Assembly (NCBI GenBank): GCA_964106915.2
Contig: OZ066917.1
DNA: 64,000 nucleotides
Reading direction: 5' to 3' (one strand)
Source of the DNA: Podarcis gaigeae
Lineage: Eukaryota
The first letter of the stretch is position 1. Every line of letters begins with the position of its first letter. The translations under genes and the position numbers were made by a program. A model generated the notes under the pieces. The model ran no database searches and was not told the DNA's origin. It saw only the letters and a program-made list of their open reading frames with translations. This document shows, piece after piece, positions 10,638 through 22,120 of the stretch.

Positions 10638-11791
10638 TATTTACCATGTATAGAAGGTCTTGCTTCTCATTGGCTGGGTGTAGCCTCCTCCAGCGGTACC
10701 AGATAAAAAAGAGCAATAGACCAAGGGTAAAGATGGCCACCAAAATGCAAATTGCAATAGTGGCAGAAGTTCCTGGCAGCAGATCTTCATTTTGAACTGC
10801 AAAAATAAATAAATAAGAATTGCTACTGAAACAGCACCAGAAAAAGCAGTGGAAAATGGCTTTATGTCTATACATAATAAGCTCAGCAGATGTATACCAA
10901 TAGGGAGGAATTTCAATTCACTTAGTAGTTTAAAAACAATACATGAACCCAAACACAGCCATCCTTCAAAAATTACACTTATCTGAATTTTGCAATGTCA
11001 TTCTCCAGTCAAGCAGCATGTGCAAAGGTACATATGTTGGGGAAATGTGTGCATAAAAATGCATATATAAGTGAAAATAGCATACTAAAATACATTATTT
11101 TAGGGAAACCTGCCTTGTAAAATGTGTATATCATGCAAATGTGCATACAGACACGTGTACATTATGATACATTAGCACTAAAATGCTGTTGAAATGTCAC
11201 GAGGACTTAAAAACTGATGTAGAAAAATGTATCTCAGACTGGGAAAATGAGAAACTGAGAAACTGAGAGAAACTGAAACTGATAGATTTGTCCCTCCATT
11301 TCTTTAACTGATTCCCAAGATCTACACTGTGTGTCATGAAAGTATTCGCGTAAATAAAATGAATCCTGCGTCCAGTCACTCTTCCCTGCATGGACTTTGC
11401 TGGGAAAGCTGACCTAGCAGGAGAGCAGAGTGGCAGCGGTCCTGCGTCCGTGTGAGAAAAGGGATAAATTAGGTCCAGAGACAGTTCATTCTTATCTCTA
11501 GTAGCGTTTATTTACAAAGCAGTAAATCCATCGGAAACTTCGGCCATTTCTCTGTGCTTTCCAAAAGCACTCTCTCGCAGCTTCTGTGCTGCTGCTGTGT
11601 GTCAGCCAGAAACGAAAGCAAGTCTGCCCAGTGAGACAGACTGTGACTCACTTGTCTGCGTCAAGCTCCTCCCAGATACAGGACACCATGGAGTTTTAAC
11701 CCTGTTAGTTCCAAACTCCACAGAAAGGTGTGCATTTTGGCAGCACTATAACATCTGTGCTGTAGGCAGGTGTGGATGCTGGTCATACAAG

Positions 11792-11841
<50 letters not shown>

Positions 11842-14667
11842 ACCACTGGCATATGCACAGTATCTGAGGAAGTGCCATGGCATAAGTACCATCTTGTTTC
11901 CTAACATGTCATTTCTTTATAAACGTACAGTGGTACCTCGGGTTAAGTACTTAATTCATTCTGGAGGTCTGTTCTTAACCTGAAACTGTTCTTAACCTGA
12001 AGCACTATTTCTGGGTTAGCAGAGTCTGTAACCTGAAGCGTATGTAACCTGAAGCGTATGTAACCCGAGGTATCACTGTATGTATTTTAGATTCATCACA
12101 TTATATAAACAGCACAGCCAGAACCACAGTCAACAGCCAAGGCCATCATTTTATTTTCACTCCCCATCTTCTGTCCTGGATTTTAACACATGTAAGATAA
12201 TGATTTGTGAAGCTGCCTTTCTTTCAACCGACCAGAAAACAATGTCTCATTTTTAGCTATTCCAAAAGTGTAGTATGGTCTTCAAAATCTCTTTCATATA
12301 TCCCACCTCCAAAAAAATCCATGTTTTGTTCAGATTGTGGCATTGGTGGTGCATTTAGAAGATGCATATTCTACAGAGTGCTAAAAAATATTGGGAGTGC
12401 CAAGTAAAAGTAATGTTATAGAACTACTGATTTGGCCAAAAGCAGGACCCTCCACTCATGGGGAAACCTGTGCCCAACAATGCGGATCACAACGAGCCAC
12501 AAAATTTCAAGCACCCTGAAGAAAAGTGGCTAAAAGACTAGAGGTGATGGGCACACCCTGCAATCAAGTTGTCTTCTTCTTTTTTAATGTTCTATGCAAT
12601 CAGCTTTTTTAAAAAAGAGTAAGTAAATTAAAGCCAGAATCATCTAAATTCAAACTCACCATGTATAATCCCAGGTATAATTCCAGGTAAAGTCACCTCT
12701 TGTTCAGTGTTTAAAGATGGATGATGAACAACACAGCTTATTGTGTTGTCCCAGACATCTTTGAGGAAGACATAAGAAAAATTGCTGACAACAGTCACTG
12801 TCTGGTTTAGGTGCTGGATGACATACTGCTTTGGCTCCACCAGAAGAGGTTTGGTGACCTTCCAGGTGATCTCTGGAGCTGGCCTCCCTGTTGCTGAGCA
12901 GCTTATCTCCACCACTTTTTCTTCAAAATTGCCTGGATCCAATACACTCCTCACCGTCACTTGGGGTTGTGTTAGAGCTTTAAAACAAAAGAGCCTAGTT
13001 AAAATGTCTCTGTAACTGCTAATTAAAAACTAAGAAGCCTGAGAAAGCAGGTACATCTTTCCCTTGGTGCTGAAATGGCAAGAGGTCTTGGTGTACCCAT
13101 AAGTGGAGGTTTTGCCCCAAACAAGGCACCACCAAGGGAAGGCTGTATCTGTCATTGCCATTAGTTGTAAAAAAGAGAGAGCCCCCCTTTGCTGATCTGA
13201 GAGCATGGGAAGGGTTGATGTAGGAAACTTTGCCCTTTCAAGTACAAATGTGCTTGCTGAAAAGAAATAATATGGCATTGTTGGCCTTCCTCTAAGATCA
13301 TACGACTCTTACCATAGACCTTGAGACATGTCCTGCCTGTGATGGGTCCTATGGGAAATACATTGAAGATACACTTGTAACAGCCTTCATCCTTGAGTGT
13401 AACAGCATGGAAGGTGATAGCAGAAACCATCAGTCCACTTTGGGACATGTGGACATTTCTTTTGAATTTACTCAGTATTGTAGTGCCACCAGCCTCACTG
13501 TAAGTAGCCATGTTGGTCTCTTGTTCCCCCTGCTCCTGCTGCCAGGTGATCTGAACAACGTCGTGCTTTTTGGCCAGACGACATTGCAAAGTGACATTTT
13601 CTCCTGCTGTGATGTTCCGAAACCGCTCGTGAATCACCTGTGTTGCACCTACAAAAGAAGCCAAGACTGCTTAAATTCTTGGGAGCTCAACAAATGCTTA
13701 GAACATAAGAAAAATTCTGCAAGGTCTATCTGTTCTCACAACATCCTGTTCTCACAATGGCCAACCAGACGCCTACAGTATTTTCATAAATAGGGATGGT
13801 CAAATTTGGCAATCTCGGATTCTCATTTCTCCTATCTTAAGCTCAGTGCTTCAAATTTCCACCGCTGTTTTTTTATAGTCCTCAAGAATAGCATCTACAT
13901 TTCCGTGCAAAGTTCACATAATGTACCTGTTTCCATGCAGATTTTGCCTAATACACAATTTTTTGCAAAATAATTTCCCCAAATCCATTTTTATATTTTC
14001 TTTTCACTAATATATGCATATGTACACACACATTACCCTAGTATATGCATTTTTGTACACACTACTTGGCTGAAAAATTGCACTGCAAAATTAAACTGAT
14101 TTCCATTGCTATTCATGTCCTGTTTTGGTAAGGGCGAATATAGTAGGTCCAACTTTTAATGTGAACTAGAACTTAAATGTGAACTCTTCCATCCCCAGTA
14201 AGGGTAAAAGCAGGACTGAGCTACCTTCCACCCCACTGCACTGCTCTGCTCTCGATAAACAAAGACAGCAGTGGCTGCTGCAGGCACTTCAGCTGATGTT
14301 TCTGGGCTGAGCACCACCACCCATTCCTGCAACCACTCCCTGCATAAGCTAATGAGCAGCAGTGAAGAAGGGCTAGCTGCACTTTGAAAACAGCTGCTGT
14401 TGCAGCAACCGCTATATTACCTTAAAATACCTCCTGGAGTAATGGACAGCTGCCGTAGAGCAGCAAAACTACAAGTTTTCACTTGGAGTCCTGACCAAAA
14501 AATGTAAAAGGGGATGGTAGCATCAGACCTAGTGGGACCAACAGTTGCCCTGCCACCCCAGGCACTGACATCCCAGGGCCTGAATTAAACTAGCTTGCCA
14601 TGGTGCAGTACTCACCAGATAGCACCATCATGCAGAAAACGAAGGTGAGCCGAAACGCAGAGTACAT
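10263..14667 (-). CDS. CD200: CD200 / OX-2 membrane glycoprotein (spliced gene span)
   Basis: Exons 14667-14616 (signal peptide), 13648-13313 (IgV), 12977-12660 (IgC2), 10796-10645 (TM), probable 10331-10263 (tail); all GT-AG with matching phases; next to GCSAM as in human. Confidence 0.85.
10557..10635. repeat. compound (TTTC)n / (AATC)n microsatellite
   Basis: Visible tandem repeats in the intron just after the CD200 TM exon donor. Confidence 0.9.
10645..10796 (-). CDS. CD200: CD200 transmembrane exon
   Basis: TIAICILVAIFTLGLLLFFIW followed by YRWRR; TTTTGCAG acceptor, GTAAAT donor; phase 1 to 0. Confidence 0.82.
11332..11753. mobile_element. probable solo LTR in CD200 intron
   Basis: TGTCATG ... 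TATAACA ends; flanks ACTGTG / TCTGTG (6-bp TSD with one mismatch). Confidence 0.5.
11790..11841. repeat. (GTT)n microsatellite
   Basis: Visible perfect trinucleotide run. Confidence 0.95.
11928..12078. mobile_element. Tc1/mariner MITE (short)
   Basis: CAGTGGTACCTCGGGTT ... AACCCGAGGTATCACTG with TA flanks. Confidence 0.8.
12660..12977 (-). CDS. CD200: CD200 IgC2 domain exon
   Basis: ISCSATGRPAPEITW...ISCVVHHPSL; 318 nt, phase 1-1, AAG acceptor, GTGAGT donor. Confidence 0.9.
13313..13648 (-). CDS. CD200: CD200 IgV domain exon
   Basis: VTLQC...VVQITWQ...NMATYS...SAITFHAVTLKDEGCYKCIFNVFPIGPITGRTCLKVY, typical of OX-2; 336 nt, phase 1-1. Confidence 0.92.
14616..14667 (-). CDS. CD200: CD200 signal-peptide exon
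   Basis: AAGATG start, MYSAFRLTFVFCMMVLS, GTGAGT donor, phase 1 compatible with the IgV exon. Confidence 0.7.
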
Positions 14668-15787
14668 CTTGCCTCTGTAGTCCACTGTCCACTGATCAGT
14701 TCTGCACTGTGTATTCAGAAATATAGCTACTTCTGCTTTGGATACTCCCAAGGGGAAGTGGCTTTCATAACAGCTACACTTTGATGGTAATTGAACACAC
14801 ACACACTGGCCCATTTTAACTATAAACAAATTAAATTAATCGGTGTCAGGTCTTATCTTTTTCCATTTCAAAAGAGTCTCTGATATTTTCATATCTCAGG
14901 GCTTTGGATAGTGAGAAGAGAAACATTTCCATATTAAAGCTAAAGGAAGCTTTGCATTCCTGAATGTTATTGTCCCTGTTTGGAATGTGGGACACATTCT
15001 AGCCAGGCAAAAGCACTCAAAAAGGGCATGGCCTAGAGAGAGAGTCTTAAGTACCAAATAGAGAGGCCTGGAGTGCCATAATCGGCCTTTGGGTCTGAGA
15101 TTCCTCACACTTAAGACAGTAAATAAAACCACTGAGCACACTACAACTCTTTGACCCATGACAACACTTATTTCTCTAAATCTTCTTTCTCCCCAAATTT
15201 TGTGCTCTCAGGCAAGGCCACCACATGTGCCTATATGCACCTATTTCTTTCACCTCTTCTCCAATAGGCAGCAGGGCAGTGCTGCTTACCTGACTTCCCC
15301 ACTGTCTGTAACCAAGAAGGAGAGACAGAGGGGTGAAATGGTAAAGGAGTCAAATTTCTAGTCCCAAAAGAGCACAAGGCAGCAAACAACAAAGTAGTAG
15401 AAACAGGATAATTAAAAATAAAAAACCTATTTAAAACCTTCAAAAAGGACATCTAAAAATCACTTTTTTAAAAAATACCAACTAAAATCTTTTAATGCTA
15501 TCCTCAGGCAATGCATTGGCTCAAGACTTTAGCCCAAGGATAGCCAGGTGATAATCTCTCGATGTTCTTGGACTCCAGCACCCATCAACCGCAGCTTGCA
15601 TGGCCAATGGCCAGGGGTGATGGGAACTGTAGTTCAGCAGCATCTGGAAGGCACCATGTTGGCTACCCCTGCTTGGCCCCTTTCACCATGAGTGCTCACA
15701 TATTTAATTGTGGGGACAGATGCCCAGCCAATTAGCCTTGCAATTTCTTAGCCTTTATACGCCCAAGTTAGTGTGAGATTCTACCAG

Positions 15788-15965
15788 GGAAGGGCCATAT
15801 CTCAGGTAGAGCACCTGCTTTGTATGCAGAAGGTCTCAGGTTCAACTCCAACATTTCCAGATAGGGCTGGAAGAAAACCTTGCCTGAAGAGCAGCTTCCA
15901 GTGTAGACAGTACTGAGCTATATAGACTAATGTTCTGACTCTGTATAAGGGAGCTTCCTATGCTC
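15788..15965 (+). mobile_element. tRNA-derived SINE (Squam3-like)
   Basis: Degenerate A/B boxes (CTCAGGTAGAGC...GGTTCAACTCC) and AGCTTCCTATG tail; related copies at about 18025-18202 and 30100-30245 on the - strand. Confidence 0.6.
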
Positions 15966-16134
15966 CTACAACAGCATAAGCTCCTCGTAGGCCAGACACC
16001 AAAAGACTAGTAAGACCAAATACTGTTTATTGCACTGAATTTAATCATATTTTACCCTGAGCTTCTATGGACTCCAATGCTCAGCTGGTTCTACAGACCC
16101 AAGATGTCTCATACATAGCAGACAAGGTCAATGG

Positions 16135-16365
16135 TAGGGTTGCCATATTTCAAGGGGTAAAAATCCGGACACAAAAAGTTGTTGAGCTTTTTTAGAGCCA
16201 AGCCAGAGCCAGAACCTGAACCAGAGCTGCCCTTGCACACACCCCAAAAAATTAAAAACCAAAAATCCTGAACATTTGCTTTAAAATGTAAAATTCTCTC
16301 CAGGTGGGCATGTAGGACCCCAAAAAGAAGACATGTCCTGGAATTCCTAAACGTATGACAATCCT
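16135..16365. mobile_element. hAT-type MITE (TAGGGTTGCC family)
   Basis: TAGGGTTGCCATA ... TATGACAATCCT; 8-bp TSD GTCAATGG / GTCAATAG. Confidence 0.65.
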
Positions 16366-17146
16366 GTCAATAGTGTTACATCCATGACACAGCATTCTAA
16401 AGAAGAAACATTTTACTAATCACTTTGGCTGCATAATTCATCATGCTTCAAAACCTCATGTTGTCAGTTTACGATATGTGCTATAAAAGGAAAACACCCA
16501 GAAACCACTAGATAGCGAAAAGTATCAGTTTACCGTACACACAGTTCTTTATCATCAAGAAACCAACTTCTTCTTATTTGTTTCCTTAAAACACAGTTTT
16601 TGTAAGATGATTGTTTAAACCTTCTTCCAGGATTTATTTCTATTTTTGTGCTTGAGGACACTGGATGAAAAATGAGGAGGTGGACATCAGGCTGCTTTGC
16701 AAACGAAAGAGGAACAACATTGTGTGGTACGTTTTATGAGCAAACTTCTCTTATGCTATTTTATCACGTGGGCAAAATGTTTAGCCGGAGATAAGGTGAT
16801 GCACATTGAAAGTCAGATGATGAATCATGACAAACCCCCAAAAAGAATCCCAGCCATATCACCTCTCTCGTTACTAGAAAGCCACAATTAGCCCGTTCTG
16901 ACATATCACTTTGAAGAAGTGACATCATTTATTTCTTTGGCAGCTACACACCTACCTGTGATGTAAAAGGGGAATTTCTTTGCTGTGTCATTTTACTCTA
17001 TTGATTTTGGTTATGGAAACCATGTGAAAGAACGTTTATACCTTCTGATGGGATTTCACTCTTCTAACTTTATTGGCAGAGCAATTACTGTAACACACTC
17101 AAAAAAGGAAGGAAGGAAGGAGAAGTTGAAAACTCTCACAGAAGAG

Positions 17147-17172
17147 ATGGGGAATAAAGGAACCAAAGAAAG
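17147..17172 (+). CDS. GCSAM: GCSAM exon 1
   Basis: GAGATGG Kozak context; ATG GGG AAT AAA GGA ACC AAA GAA AG|GTATGT, phase 2. Confidence 0.65.
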
Positions 17173-20100
17173 GTATGTTTAGTGTTACTTCAAATGGGAG
17201 GGGAGTCAGGTTATCCCAGCTCCAGATTTAACCTCGGACTTCCCCAGTTCAAGCAGATAATGGATCAAACTTCTTCAATGATTTAATAAAAGCTGTACTT
17301 ATAAAATGATGTCGGGAGCCAAGGCTTCTTGTATACTTGGCATCCTATGTCTGCATGCTTTTAATCTATAATCTATAGCTATAGATATGTAGATATAGTT
17401 TTAATTCTATTAATGTTTAATTTTTTTTATTCTTTTTCTATGTTTTAACTGTTCTTATTTTATCTGTAAGCCATTCCTGCCAGGGAAAAAGGCTGGGTTA
17501 AATAATGCTTGAGGATCTCAAACCTAGATGTACAGAAGAGGGATCCTAAACCTGAAGGATTGTGATGTTCTACCATCTTAAGTCTGGACTTCCTTGGGAT
17601 GAGGCTGAGGTGTTGGGGATAAGCCCCCCATCCACTAGACGATGCTGTCCAATTTGGCTTTCATGAACTCTATGCATTTTTCTATTAATTCGTTATTTCT
17701 ATTAATTCATTATTATACGGTAGCTTCCTATGTTAAGTCGTGGGCTCTCCTCACTATACTGAAACTTTCCCTTTCCCCTATTAGCAGGACCATTTCATAT
17801 TCAGATTGGGTGTGGGCATTATTTCATATAATAACGGACACCAACACAAAGAAACAAAGACAATTCCAATGTCTTGTGTTTGCTACTGTGCCGCGAATCA
17901 CTTCACATACCCATTCATGTAAGAATATCTGTATGTAAGATCAGTTTATCTCTCTTTGACATGCCTCTGCCTTAGTAAGACACCCAGATGAAACTAGGAG
18001 TTCGAGAAATGGGTGCTAAGGGAAATAGGAAGCTGCCTTGTACTGATCCGGACCAACTAGCTCAGAATTACCTACAATGAATAGCAGTGGCCTTCCAAGA
18101 GTTTTAGGCAGAGTACTCTCCCAGCCCTTATTGGAGATGTTTGGGATTGAACCTGAAACCTTCTGCATGCAAAGCAGATGCTCTACCACTCAGCTATTGC
18201 CCTGATCTGGGAGAGGTCTTCCCATTTCAGGTAGGGAACAGATATTTAGAAGGGGAAAGCATTTACAGTACATGTACACTGTGGCTGAACTCCTTTCTCA
18301 AACAGCTTCTCTGGTTTTGATGTTGCAGCAGAAAGCCTTTGCCCTGCCTGAGGAGAAAGAAATGCTTTCACATCAGAAGTGAGTGAGTAGTTACGTCTTT
18401 AAGCCTATTGCAGAGCCTGGCTAGGGGGGCTTCTGGAGCATTGCTAGTTTGGGGCGGCATTCAATCGCACACTGGCAAAGGCAGGTTGTGCATATAAATT
18501 TGGTTTGGAGGTCTTGCACAACAAACCCATTTCCCCCCAAAGACTGGCCTTTCTCCACATGATGGGAAATTGCACAGGAAAGTGTGGATCACAACTTGCT
18601 TGACGCAACGAAGGAAACCAGAATGAAATATTGATAAACGAGCTGTGTAGAAGTGACCTCTGTCTCCAGAAAATGACAGCGCTGCCGCAGAACTTCGGGC
18701 TTTTCAGATCTACCAGAACCCCAAGATCTACAAACTAGAGCCTACCATAACTGATCAAATTAAAGGACAGGGTGCCTCTGAGCAAAGGGCTTTGCAATTT
18801 TTTCAGTATTAGAAATGAGGTGATATTTCACAAAAAAGCCCACTCCTAGTTACCATAAGCTTTTCTTATTTCTGCTGCCTAATTTAGGTGGGGAAAGGTA
18901 ATTTTGTTGTTGCTATTGAAAATCAGGAAGCCTTGCCCACTGGATCCTGATCTACCTTCTGCACACTCCTGCAGTAGGGATTTGATCAAGTGAATAGTTT
19001 GAAGATGCTTGATGTTTCCATGCAGCTGAGCAGAGCAGGATCTATGATATTTGTAGTTTCTCATGCCTACCTCAATGTCGTTGTCGTTATTTTTACACTC
19101 AAATCTTATTTCTGCTTCTTCTTCCAGTACAAGCTGAGGACGTTTCATCAGTTCATGATGAGGTACTGAAAGATTTTTCCTGTCCTCTTCAAGATTGTGC
19201 TTATTATTTATATTTATATCCTGTTTTCCCTCTGAGAAGCTCAAAGTGACAATAGTTATTTCCCTTCCCATTTTATGTTCCTAGTAAGCAAACCCCTCTT
19301 CGCAGGAAACCTGAGTATTGTAGCTTGGTAAAGGGAACGGGGTCTCCTAGCAACTTTCATTACCCTTAATGAACTACAGGATGCCTTGGGGGAAGCCATG
19401 ATTGTTTAAAGTGGAGCAATGCTGCTTTAAACATAGCACAGGTCAAGGCCGTATTGTATTTATTAATTGCTAAAAGCTGCCTCTTTTGGTGTTTACCCTA
19501 GAAGGCAAAATATAAATGCATGAGTTAAATAATTAAAAATCATATTTTAAAAAAGACAACAAATTCTTTAGGCTTACAAAATGTTGCTTCAATATCTTTT
19601 CAGTCATATATGAAAACTGGCAGATATTTGTAATACCTAAGGTCAAGATGATAAATGAGAAAGAGGCCCTGCTAGAGCATAATTGTGTTACACTAACAAG
19701 GGATTATTTATTTACTTGCGTTCTGAACTCTCTTGTCCCATTTGGTTCCTATTCTGGTATCATGTTCTGAGGCAAAGGAGTGTAAAGAGAAGTTTGGGTT
19801 TTGCATAAGGATGAGTCATAAATTCTGTGTGAACTTGATGGCCTCATACGAACTGGGAAAATTTACAATGTTCGGCAGAGGTAACCACTGAGAGAATTTT
19901 TTGTTGTTATAGGTATGGTTGAGTTATTCTGGGAGACTCATATCTCATTATGCTCAGGTGAATGCCAAGCACAAACCAACAAAATACAGTATATTTGTGA
20001 CTGAGCCCTGCTGAAATCCATGATACTGAAGTGTGGAGTTAAATACTTACAGGGACTCCAGATGTTACAGGACTCCAACTCCAGCCAGTCACCCCTGGCT

Positions 20101-20687
20101 ACTGCTCATGTATACAGTTGCTGGGAGTCCAATAATACCTCAAAAAGAGTGGCTAAATGAAGTTGGCAGTAAATAATTGATGGCACCCCCCCATCAAAAA
20201 TTTTGTGACTGGGGTAGGGGCAGTAGACTCTTCAAGGGAGGACCAAGCCAAATTATTTTGCATTAGAAACAAACAAACATGACTAAGTGTGGAAACTTGG
20301 AAAACTGAAGTTAAGATAGATAAAATGATAAACTGGGGGGGGGGGGCCAAAACTGACAGATTATCCAGTTCCTAGCTGCACTACCAATGATTGGTAACAG
20401 TATTAGGCAGAATAATTTCATTTACAGACTCCACACACAATTGAAAGCTGCATTTTTTGTGTAAAAGTTGATTTCTTTCTTCCCAGGAGAACACTGATGA
20501 CAAAGTCTCTGCAGAGCCCTCTGAAATATGCTACGCTACCCTTGACCATATTATTAGAGGAAATGACATTAAGGGACACAAAACAAGCACTACCACCATC
20601 TATGAAGATGTCATCATTATTCCGAAAAGAGTGAGCTCTTCCAGCTTCCAGTACAACAGTGACTATGATGATGTTATGAAAGATTAG
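17147..20687 (+). CDS. GCSAM: GCSAM/HGAL (germinal center-associated signaling and motility) homolog, spliced gene span
   Basis: Short first exon MGNKGTKE(R) with an N-myristoylation-type MGN start; last exon EICYATLDH...IYEDV resembles human ELCYTLINH...YYENV (recalled); lies between C3orf52 and CD200 on the opposite strand, as in human; middle exons not resolved. Confidence 0.72.
18329..18378 (+). CDS. GCSAM: candidate GCSAM internal exon
   Basis: TTGCAG acceptor, GTGAGT donor; reads (S)RKPLPCLRRKKCFHIR in phase 2, Cys/basic like the palmitoylated HGAL segment; downstream partner exon uncertain. Confidence 0.4.
20487..20687 (+). CDS. GCSAM: GCSAM terminal exon (tyrosine motifs)
   Basis: TTTCTTTCTTCCCAG acceptor; ENTDDKVSAEPSEICYATLDHII...IYEDV...DYDDVMKD*. 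Confidence 0.8.
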   Translation, partial: ENTDDKVSAEPSEICYATLDHIIRGNDIKGHKTSTTTIYEDVIIIPKRVSSSSFQYNSDYDDVMKD

Positions 20688-20819
20688 TTCTCCTCTTTGG
20701 GATAAGAAAACATTACATTTCGTAGCATAATGACGAAAATTTCATTGCCATAAATATTTCCCACTACATCAGCTATAGTGGCTCAGGTTATTTTGGGTGG
20801 TGGTGACACATGCATTGCA

Positions 20820-21390
20820 TAAGCACCTGCGCTCAGAGATCTGCACTGGTTGCCAATTTGCTACTGGGCCAAGTTCAAGGTGTTGCTATTAGTATATAAA
20901 GCCCTTAACAACTTCAGTTTACCTATGAGATTTCCTCCCCTCATATATGACCACTCAATTGCAGTGGAACTGACATGGCTGCAGGTGTCAAATGATACTT
21001 GTTCTGCATTTGTAAGAACTCGATCTTTTCATGTGGCAGCACCTCCACTTTGGAACTCCCTGTCTGTTGATATCAGGAAGGACCCCTTCATTGTACTCCT
21101 TTTTGCACCTGCTAAGAGCATTTTTGTCCAGACCAGCCTACCCAGATGTTTAGAAAGCTGGGGTGTGTTTTAATCGAATTTTGGTCTATTGTTATTTTAA
21201 CTTTTCCAGTATCTTAAATGATTGTTGTTAGTTTTATTGTGATAAAATTACTGTTTACTGTGTTAGTGATAATTTTATTTTAGCAATTTATTTATCACTA
21301 ATTATTATTGTAGTTAGTGATAATTGAGGTTTTAAAAAAATAATAATAAAGTGGTGAATAAATTTTACAAAATAGATAACAATAAACATC
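20820..21390 (+). mobile_element. old L2 LINE 3' fragment
   Basis: Degraded LHWLPICYWAKFKVLLLVYKAL...FHVAAPPLWNSL followed by an AT-rich tail; boundaries approximate. Confidence 0.7.
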
Positions 21391-21450
21391 CCTCTCATCC
21401 AAGCACGGCTGTTGTAATCATTAGGACCTTAAGACCTTCATAGTGCAGTA

Positions 21451-21690
21451 CAGTGGTACCTCGGTTTAAGAACAGCCCTGTTTATGAACTATTTGGTTTA
21501 CAAACTCCGCAAAACCAGAAGTAGTGTTCTGGTTAGCAAACTTTACCTTGGTCTACAAATGGAAGCCGAACGGTGGAAGGCACTGGTGGCGGGAGGCCCC
21601 ATTAGGGAAAGTGTGCCTCGGTTTAAGAATGGCTTTGGTTTAAGAACGGATGTCCGGAATGGATTAAGTTCATAAACTGAGGTACCACTG
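21451..21690. mobile_element. Tc1/mariner MITE
   Basis: CAGTGGTACCTCGGTTTA ... TAAACTGAGGTACCACTG with TA flanks. Confidence 0.85.
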
Positions 21691-21780
21691 TATAATCACA
21701 TCCACACAGATCCAGAGGCATCAGAGAAAGGTTCATAGGGAATAGGGTGAGAATCTAAATCAATGCCTTCAAAAGATATA

Positions 21781-22120
21781 TACCATATTTTTCGCCCTGT
21801 AGGACACACTTTTCCCCCTCCAAAAATGAAGGGGAAATGTGTGTGCATCCTATGGGGCGAATGCAGGCTTCAGGAAGCTCTCCGCAAGCCTTGGGAACTC
21901 TGCGGGAGTTCCTGTCGGGCTCCCAAGGCTTGCGGATAGCAGCCTGCATCCCGAAGCCTGGGGCGCGCTGCACAGTACGCCCCGGGCTTCATGCAGATAT
22001 CGGGCAGCCCCACAAGCTCGGGGGACAGCGGGGAGGCGGAGCACCGCCATCCCGCTGCTCCCCGACCTGGTTTGGATTCCCTGACCTGGTTTTGGGGGGG
22101 AAATAAAGAAAAATACGGTA
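21781..22120. mobile_element. Tc1/mariner (Tigger-like) MITE, second family
   Basis: TACCATATTTTT ... AAAAATACGGTA termini (TA included); GC-rich interior. Confidence 0.65.

Noticed and set aside
11597-11983. Poly-Leu / poly-Thr ORFs
   Set aside because: Produced by the (GTT)n microsatellite
18670-19957. Other candidate GCSAM internal exons (about 18670, 19306-19327, 19913-19957)
   Set aside because: Each has a plausible AG and/or GT, but no recognisable homology and no unique phase-consistent path could be chosen
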